DNA from: Caldisericia bacterium
Lineage (GTDB): Bacteria; Caldisericota; Caldisericia; JAAYUI01
DNA: 64,000 bases
Assembly (NCBI GenBank): GCA_963674785.1
Contig: OY771555.1
Location: 256,001-320,000 of the forward strand
Reading direction: 5' to 3'
Shown: positions 57,666 through 64,000 of the stretch, one piece after another
Numbering within the stretch: the stretch's first letter is position 1
How the letters are laid out: each line of letters starts with the position of its first letter
Notes under the pieces: generated by a model
The model's input: the letters and a program-made list of their open reading frames with translations, nothing else
Databases searched by the model: none
Told to the model about the DNA's origin: nothing
Position numbers and translations under genes: made by a program

Positions 57666-58660
57666 CCATGAGCACCATAGAACGACTCCAAAACTCAGAT
57701 GAGGCAGCAATTCGAGCAAAACTTCACAAAAAAGTTTTAGAATCAGAGGAAAGCATTTGTGAAAAACTATCTCATGATATGAAAAACTCTGACAGAGTAA
57801 AGACACTGTTGTCCATCGCCAATCACAAAGACCCAGGGGAAAATCCATATGAGAAGTTTTGTGGCATTCACTGGACTCTAGCCCTTCTTGCCGACCTTGA
57901 ATATCCGGCAGGAGACTCAGATATAAAACCATTCGTAGATATTGTACTGGATTACTGGTTGGATGAAAAAAGAATAAAAGAGCGCATTGTCCCAAAAGAA
58001 ACCCCAAAATACAAATCCTATCCAGGTGTGCCGATAATTGATGGCCGAGCAAGAAGGTGCGCTTCCCAACAAGGGAATGCCCTTTATTCAGCAGTCAAAC
58101 TTGGGTTTATTGATTACCGTTGTGAAAGGCTTGCCAAACTGCTGATAAGATGGCAATGGCCAGATGGTGGATGGAACTGTGACAGAAAAACCGCAGCAAC
58201 CAATTCATCATTTATGGAATCGCTAATTCCCATGCATGGGCTTTATCTATATGGTGTTGCCTCTGGCGACAAACAAGCAGTTAATCACTCATACAAAACC
58301 GCTGAGATTTTCCTCAAAAGAAATCTATTCATGAGGAAAGGAACAGATGAGATAATCAAACCGGAATTTGTGAAACTTCATTATCCTAATTATTGGCATT
58401 ATGACATATTGTTTGCTCTGAAAGTTTTCGCTGACATGGATTTGCTCTCCGATCCAAGATGCAAAACTGCACTTGATCAGCTTGAATCCAAAAGGCTTCC
58501 AGATGGTGGGTTTCCAGCTGAGGGCAAGTATTACAAACATGTGGATGAGCCAAAAAATGGTGGGTCACTTGCAAATTGGGGAGGAACATCCAAGAAGAAA
58601 ATGAATGAATTTGTGTCGGTTGACGCACTCTATGTTTTGAAAAAAGCTGGCAGAGTATAA
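57662..58660 (+). CDS. Hypothetical protein with prenyltransferase/squalene-cyclase-like QW repeats
   Basis: QWPDGGWNC, RLPDGGF, YPNYWHYDIL. Confidence 0.7.
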   Translation: MTMSTIERLQNSDEAAIRAKLHKKVLESEESICEKLSHDMKNSDRVKTLLSIANHKDPGENPYEKFCGIHWTLALLADLEYPAGDSDIKPFVDIVLDYWLDEKRIKERIVPKETPKYKSYPGVPIIDGRARRCASQQGNALYSAVKLGFIDYRCERLAKLLIRWQWPDGGWNCDRKTAATNSSFMESLIPMHGLYLYGVASGDKQAVNHSYKTAEIFLKRNLFMRKGTDEIIKPEFVKLHYPNYWHYDILFALKVFADMDLLSDPRCKTALDQLESKRLPDGGFPAEGKYYKHVDEPKNGGSLANWGGTSKKKMNEFVSVDALYVLKKAGRV

Positions 58661-58678
58661 AATTCTCAATACTTTAAC

Positions 58679-58738
58679 TTGACATAGTATGTAATGTTTC
58701 TAATATGACCGTACAGTCATATGACCAATTAGTCGTAT
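58679..58738 (+). promoter_or_regulatory. Promoter with two overlapping palindromic TetR-type operators
   Basis: TTGACA-N16-TAATAT; ATATGAC-N6-GTCATAT (58703-58722) and ATATGAC-N6-GTCGTAT (58719-58738). Confidence 0.7.
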
Positions 58739-58750
58739 TAGGAGAAATAG

Positions 58751-59401
58751 ATGCCAAAGGAAACATTTTATAATCTGGACAAGGAAAAAAGAGAAAAGAT
58801 TGAGCGGGTTGCTCTCTCAGAATTTGCAAACTTTGGGTTTCATGGAGCAAAAGTAAACCGAGTTGTCGATAAATCAGGGATTTCAAAAGGTAGCTTCTAT
58901 CAATATTTCACAGGAATGGATGACCTGTTTGTACACATAGTTGAAAACCTTGGGAAAAAGAAAATCAGCTTTATCGGATCTGAACTTAAACTGCTTGGTG
59001 AGAAAGATTTCTTTGAGAAGTTTGAATCAATGTTTTTATCTGGTGTGAAGTTCTACTACTCATTAAGCGAGGACGAGATAACAATCAGCAAAATGCTACC
59101 TATAATAAAAAATCTCTGCTCAGAAAAACTCGAAGTTATGAAAAAAGAGGCAAATCAAATATTTTTTGAGCATCTTATTGATGAGGCAATTTCAACTGGA
59201 GAAATTCAGGCCGATAGGGATTTTGCATTTGTTGTGATTTCAAATACTTCCAAACAAATAATTCAATACCTGAGAAGAAAAAATAAAGTGATGGGCATAG
59301 AAAAAGTTTTTGAAAATGAGTCAAACGTAAAAGAAGCAATATCGCTCTTTCTAGATTTATTAAAAATGGGACTGACAAAAAAGGAGGGTAAAAATGAATA
59401 A
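58751..59401 (+). CDS. TetR/AcrR family regulator
   Basis: MPKETFYNL..EF...GF..GISKGSFYQYF. Confidence 0.92.
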   Translation: MPKETFYNLDKEKREKIERVALSEFANFGFHGAKVNRVVDKSGISKGSFYQYFTGMDDLFVHIVENLGKKKISFIGSELKLLGEKDFFEKFESMFLSGVKFYYSLSEDEITISKMLPIIKNLCSEKLEVMKKEANQIFFEHLIDEAISTGEIQADRDFAFVVISNTSKQIIQYLRRKNKVMGIEKVFENESNVKEAISLFLDLLKMGLTKKEGKNE

Positions 59402-61976
59402 GAAGATGTTCAAATTCAATACAAAAGGTAACCCAACAATAACTGAAGTTGGTGGAAAAGCAAAAAATCTAATTGAGATGATGAAAGCAGGATTTCCAGT
59501 ACCAGATGGGTTTGTGTTGACGACTTCATTTTTTGGTGAATGGACAAAAGAAATAAAATGCAAACAAACATGGAAAGAGTTTCTTTCAAGTCCAACTCAG
59601 GAAAACTGTGAAAGAGTAAAAGCACAAGCAAAAGTAATTGTGTTTTCGAGCAGGCAAAGAGAGATTTTAGAAAATGCGAAAGCAGAGCTAAAAGATACAG
59701 AGCTTTTTGCGGTCAGATCATCATCACCTGAGGAAGACTTAAGTAGCACAAGTTTTGCCGGGATGTACAAAACAATACTTGGAGTAAGACCAAAAGATTT
59801 GGAAGAGAATATCAAAGAAGCTTTTTCATCCATGTTGGATTTCAGAGTAATTGAATACAAGATTCAAAACAAAATCCCGCTCGAGAATACTGAAATCTGT
59901 GTAATCGTTCAGAAGCAGATAAACAGCGATACAAGTGGTATTGGTTTTTCGATAAACCCCCTCAACAACTGTTATGATGAAGCTGTTATCAACTCAAGCT
60001 TTGGACTTGGTGAATCAATTGTTTCCGGAACCATAACACCCGACTCATTCACGATAGAGAAAAATACCGGCGTAATTCTTGAGAAAAATCTGGGTACTAA
60101 AGAAACCAAGTTGCAAATAACAGATTCAAGACATATCGAAGAAATAAGAAATATGGATTCTGAATCATATTCACTTGCAGATAATCAAATACTTGAAATA
60201 TCAGGGTTAATTAAGAGATGTGAGAATCACTATGGTTTCCCTGTTGATATCGAATGGGCATATGAAGGAGAAAATCTTTATCTATTGCAAGTTAGACCAA
60301 TCACAACCTATTTCAAAATGATACCAGAAATGGTGACAAAACCTGGTGAAAGAAAAAAACTATACATGGATCTAATAGGAATGTCACAGGGATTCAGCGA
60401 CCCACTCTCTGTTTTGGGTGCGGATATCTGGGCTACAGTTTTAGAAAGATTAAAACAGGGCACAACACCATCAGGTCATGATGGATTTCTAATCAATGTT
60501 GCTGGAAGACAATATTTCCTTCTTCATAATGTTTTCAAGGCTATGGGTAAAAAGGTTGGATTTAGCATAGTAAATTCATTTTCAAACATCTTTGAGAATG
60601 ATGAGGATGAGATTTTCAAAGAATATGTAACCAAAAAAAGCACAAAAAAACTCAACACGACTAGATTAGCATATCTGAAAGTAGCCTTCAGGATGTTACC
60701 AAACATGGTAAGAACTTTTTTTAACCCTCAAAGACAAATCGAGAGCTTTGAGGAAAATATTGACGGGCTGATGAGAAAATTCAAATCGATAAAAAATGAT
60801 AAGCCACTTGATGAGATTGTGAACAATGCTTTTGATGAGTTTGACAAAATAGCTACGACATTTTCAGCAATATACGCAGGCCTTTTTGCCCAGTGGCGGC
60901 TTAACAAAATGATGAAGGGGACACCTTGTGAAAAGCTTGTTGACTCACTTTTGATGGATGTTCCAAGTAACCCTACAAGTGCAATGGGTCATAAACTATT
61001 TGAACTTGCAAACTCACCTGAAATAATTGCTATAGAAAATTCGGATAAGTTCGTCAGCAAAATTAAACAAAGGGCTTTCTCAGAAGAGTTTATGAGGATA
61101 TATGATGAATACATGTACAGATATGGTGAAAGAGGATTCAAAGAGATTGACATCTCATCAAAAAGAACTGTTGAAAATCTCGATACCTTTTTTAAACAGC
61201 TAAAATCTGTAAATCTGAAAGAAAACCAGCTTCTGAAAGTCACACAACACAAAGAAGAATCTCTAGAGAAAATGCGTGAGGTTGCAAAGGGGAAAGGGAA
61301 GCTAAAGAAATTCGAAAAATATGTTTGGATGATAAACAAAGCATATGGACACAGAGAAACACCCAAGTATTTGATGGTTGTTCTGAATGGAACACTCAGA
61401 AAATTGGCACTTGAGATCGGAGATCAATTTGTATCTGAAAAAAGACTTATTAATAATAAAGAGATTTTTGACCTTACACTCTCTCAAATTGGGGATGCCC
61501 AAAGAGACGAGAAGGTAAATCTTCGATCCATAATCGAGAAAAACTTAAAGCCGTATGAACTCTACAAGAACAGAAAAAGCTTTCCCAACTTCTTTAATAG
61601 CAGAGGCAAGATTCTAAACAAAGCCATCACTCCAAAAAATGGAGACTATTCAGGGATTGCAGTATCGGCAGGAGTAATAAGAGGAAGAGCAAAAGTATTG
61701 AACACTCCTTACGAAAAACCTCTTGAACCAGGTGAAATCCTTGTGACAGTTGCAACAGAACCTTCGTGGACACCGGTTTTTGTTAATGCGTCAGGAGTTG
61801 TACTCGAGGTTGGAGCAGGACTTCAGCATGGCGCAATCATCGCTCGTGAATACGGACTTCCCTGTGTAAGTGGACTTACTGGCATAACAAAAATCATTGA
61901 AGATGGAGACATCATTGAAGTTGATGGCACAAATGGAATCGTGAGAATCCTTGAGCAAAAAGAGCAAGAATCATGA
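59394..61976 (+). CDS. PEP-utilising phosphotransferase with rifampin-phosphotransferase-like architecture
   Basis: VGGKAKNL, AVRSS..ED..SFAGMY, GLGESIVSG, DIEWA, LLQVRPIT; long helical middle; C-terminal HGAIIAREYGLP. Confidence 0.85.
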   Translation: MNKKMFKFNTKGNPTITEVGGKAKNLIEMMKAGFPVPDGFVLTTSFFGEWTKEIKCKQTWKEFLSSPTQENCERVKAQAKVIVFSSRQREILENAKAELKDTELFAVRSSSPEEDLSSTSFAGMYKTILGVRPKDLEENIKEAFSSMLDFRVIEYKIQNKIPLENTEICVIVQKQINSDTSGIGFSINPLNNCYDEAVINSSFGLGESIVSGTITPDSFTIEKNTGVILEKNLGTKETKLQITDSRHIEEIRNMDSESYSLADNQILEISGLIKRCENHYGFPVDIEWAYEGENLYLLQVRPITTYFKMIPEMVTKPGERKKLYMDLIGMSQGFSDPLSVLGADIWATVLERLKQGTTPSGHDGFLINVAGRQYFLLHNVFKAMGKKVGFSIVNSFSNIFENDEDEIFKEYVTKKSTKKLNTTRLAYLKVAFRMLPNMVRTFFNPQRQIESFEENIDGLMRKFKSIKNDKPLDEIVNNAFDEFDKIATTFSAIYAGLFAQWRLNKMMKGTPCEKLVDSLLMDVPSNPTSAMGHKLFELANSPEIIAIENSDKFVSKIKQRAFSEEFMRIYDEYMYRYGERGFKEIDISSKRTVENLDTFFKQLKSVNLKENQLLKVTQHKEESLEKMREVAKGKGKLKKFEKYVWMINKAYGHRETPKYLMVVLNGTLRKLALEIGDQFVSEKRLINNKEIFDLTLSQIGDAQRDEKVNLRSIIEKNLKPYELYKNRKSFPNFFNSRGKILNKAITPKNGDYSGIAVSAGVIRGRAKVLNTPYEKPLEPGEILVTVATEPSWTPVFVNASGVVLEVGAGLQHGAIIAREYGLPCVSGLTGITKIIEDGDIIEVDGTNGIVRILEQKEQES

Positions 61977-62021
61977 AGACAGTTTAAGTTTTTTCTGGTA
62001 CAATATTCTCGAGGTAAACAT

Positions 62022-62906
62022 ATGAGCAGGAATATTGATATAATTTCAGGTGTTGTGAACTACATTGACAGCAACATTGGTGAACAAGTCAACCTTGATT
62101 CGATTGCAAAAGCTTTTGGTTACTCAAAATACCACCTTCACAGGATGTTTACGGCAGTTGTTGGGATACCAATTCACACATACACAAAAAGAAGAAGACT
62201 CACAGAAGCTGCGTATAAATTGGTTTCATCAGACATTTCAATTGTAGATATTGCGCTTGCCACAGGTTATGAATCCCAGCAATCCTTCACAGATAGCTTC
62301 AGAAGTCTTTATAAAACAAGCCCCGATAGATACAGGAAAAGGAAAAGATTTAAACCTCTTCAAGATAAATTCGATAGCGGAATATTTCCAGACCTGAAAG
62401 CCGATGACAGCATAAAAATCGATGTAAAAGATATTGATAAATTGGAACTTGCAGGTTTTTCAGCAAATACTTCCAAAGGTTTTTGGGTGATTGGCATCTG
62501 TCACAGAAAACTAAATAAGATATTGAAAAAATACCCGAATATCGCAAATAACAATGACGTGATTGGACTCAATGACTATTCTGAATTTGAAAGTTTCAAT
62601 GGCAAAATATCATACGAATATCTTGCAGCCTTTATCGCAAAAAAAGATGAACCACTACCCGAAGGCATGGAAACGAGAATAATCCCGGCATCAAAATATG
62701 CCACCTTCACGTTCTATGGTAACAAAAAAGCATCAACAGAACATATTGCAAAATATGTCTATACTAATTGGTTTCCGAGATCCACACTCCGATTCAATGA
62801 GAAGCTGATGCTTGATTTTTTCAGATATTATGATGAAACTAACGATAAGGGTTTAGACAAGATTGAGTACTTTGTGCCTGTAATCGAGCAGAATGGGGTG
62901 ATCTGA
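62022..62906 (+). CDS. AraC-family regulator with GyrI-like domain
   Basis: GYSKYHLHRMF, RRLTEAA, GYESQQSFT; IPASKYATF. Confidence 0.92.
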   Translation: MSRNIDIISGVVNYIDSNIGEQVNLDSIAKAFGYSKYHLHRMFTAVVGIPIHTYTKRRRLTEAAYKLVSSDISIVDIALATGYESQQSFTDSFRSLYKTSPDRYRKRKRFKPLQDKFDSGIFPDLKADDSIKIDVKDIDKLELAGFSANTSKGFWVIGICHRKLNKILKKYPNIANNNDVIGLNDYSEFESFNGKISYEYLAAFIAKKDEPLPEGMETRIIPASKYATFTFYGNKKASTEHIAKYVYTNWFPRSTLRFNEKLMLDFFRYYDETNDKGLDKIEYFVPVIEQNGVI

Positions 62907-63547
62907 TGGATTTAATCGAGAGAATAAGGAGCAAAGAAGACATCGATGTTTTGGTCGATGAGGTGATAAAACAACCAAAAATCATTGATGAGCTGATTCA
63001 TATTATGCAAACCGACAAAAGCGCATTCAAGTTCAACTGTGAAAAGGTCGTCAGATTCACAAGTGGAAAAAAGCCTGAGCTTATCTATCCGCACTTTGAT
63101 ACACTTGCCAAAATGCTTGATTCCGAAAACAGTTTCCTTAAGTGGGGCTCAATCATGACTGTAGCAAATATGACGGCAGTCGATTCGGATAATAAGTTTC
63201 TTGATGTTTTTGACAAATACTATGGTCTTCTGAATAGCGAAAAGATGGTTGCTGCAAACAATGTCATTGGCAGTAGCAAGGTTATCGCCAAAAACAAACC
63301 GGAGCTTGTCGACAGGATTGTTGATGAAATTTTGAAGGTTGATGATGCAACATATCTTCATAAAGGCAAGATTTCAGAGATGTGTAAAAATATCGCACTT
63401 GGTGAGGCAATTTCTTTTTTTATTGAGGTATATGAAGCTGCCTCAAAAAAGGATGAAATCAGAAACTTTGTAAATAAACAAGAAAACAATGAACGACCAA
63501 AGGTAGTGAAAAACGTAAAAAAGTTTAGGAAGAAGTTTGGAGAGTAG
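62906..63547 (+). CDS. Hypothetical HEAT-repeat-like helical protein
   Basis: Translationally coupled to the AraC gene; PELIYPHFD, NSFLKW motifs. Confidence 0.7.
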   Translation: MDLIERIRSKEDIDVLVDEVIKQPKIIDELIHIMQTDKSAFKFNCEKVVRFTSGKKPELIYPHFDTLAKMLDSENSFLKWGSIMTVANMTAVDSDNKFLDVFDKYYGLLNSEKMVAANNVIGSSKVIAKNKPELVDRIVDEILKVDDATYLHKGKISEMCKNIALGEAISFFIEVYEAASKKDEIRNFVNKQENNERPKVVKNVKKFRKKFGE

Positions 63548-63642
63548 GGTTTTATTTTTCTCTCCTTTTTTTGGAGGGAGTTTTGAATCATACATTGTTA
63601 TACACAAACCCCTCAGGTTCTAGTCTCATTAGTAAGGTCTTC

Positions 63643-63999
63643 TCACTGTTCCAAAAAGCTCCACTTTTTTTCTAACCCGATTACACCTTCTCTCTGGTTT
63701 TTGTTGTTTACAATCGCATCAAGTTTTTTTGATACCAAATTCCAATGAGCAGCATGTCCTAACAACTTTTCTTTAGATAACTCGAAGAGATACTTAGGTT
63801 TTATGTCACAAAAACAATTTGTGTCGAGATTCCTAAGGTTTTTCCATATATCATTGGCTATTTCTAGGGTTATATCAAATCTTTGTTTCATTTGATAGTC
63901 AATTCCTCGCATGCTCATCAAATCTGTAATCGAGCCATCATAATCTGATAGTTCATGGATTATGCTATTCCTCTTTTTATAGATACAATTGATAAACTC
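63643..63999 (-). CDS. 5'-truncated ORF with HEPN-like R-x4-H motif
   Basis: Frame open to the window edge: EFINCIYKKRNSIIHELS...; motif at 63955-63972. Confidence 0.5.
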   Translation of the reverse strand, partial: EFINCIYKKRNSIIHELSDYDGSITDLMSMRGIDYQMKQRFDITLEIANDIWKNLRNLDTNCFCDIKPKYLFELSKEKLLGHAAHWNLVSKKLDAIVNNKNQREGVIGLEKKWSFLEQ

Positions 64000-64000
64000 A

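Overview
AT-rich bacterial chromosomal window, about 50 protein-coding genes, no rRNA, tRNA or CRISPR array seen. The many secreted PQQ-type beta-propeller, BACON/Ig-like and copper-amine-oxidase N-terminal (stalk) domain proteins suggest a Caldisericia-like anaerobe (inference only). 1-40.7 kb: surface and secreted proteins, transaldolase, pth, a YprB/MrfB-like exonuclease and a PAS/GAF kinase-regulator-hybrid kinase trio. 40.7-47 kb: an accessory/defence locus around a single-chain type IIG-like restriction-modification (RM) gene. This gene carries two in-frame insertions of GC-rich palindromic DNA, one enclosing a complete DUF559 (Vsr-like) endonuclease between repeated hairpin units. It is followed by an AT-rich islet of small unknown ORFs, an orphan diverged copy of its own 3' end, and a stand-alone GIY-YIG nuclease flanked by co-varying inverted hairpins whose nuclease-free relatives occur elsewhere in the window. 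The best candidate for an undescribed system is this pair of small-nuclease plus cognate-hairpin elements, organised like RAYT/REP but without a transposase. 47-64 kb: lipoproteins, membrane paralogues, LplA-DUF116, two AraC-GyrI regulators, a TetR plus rifampin-phosphotransferase-like pair and a truncated HEPN-motif ORF. All family assignments are from motif recognition; no searches were run.
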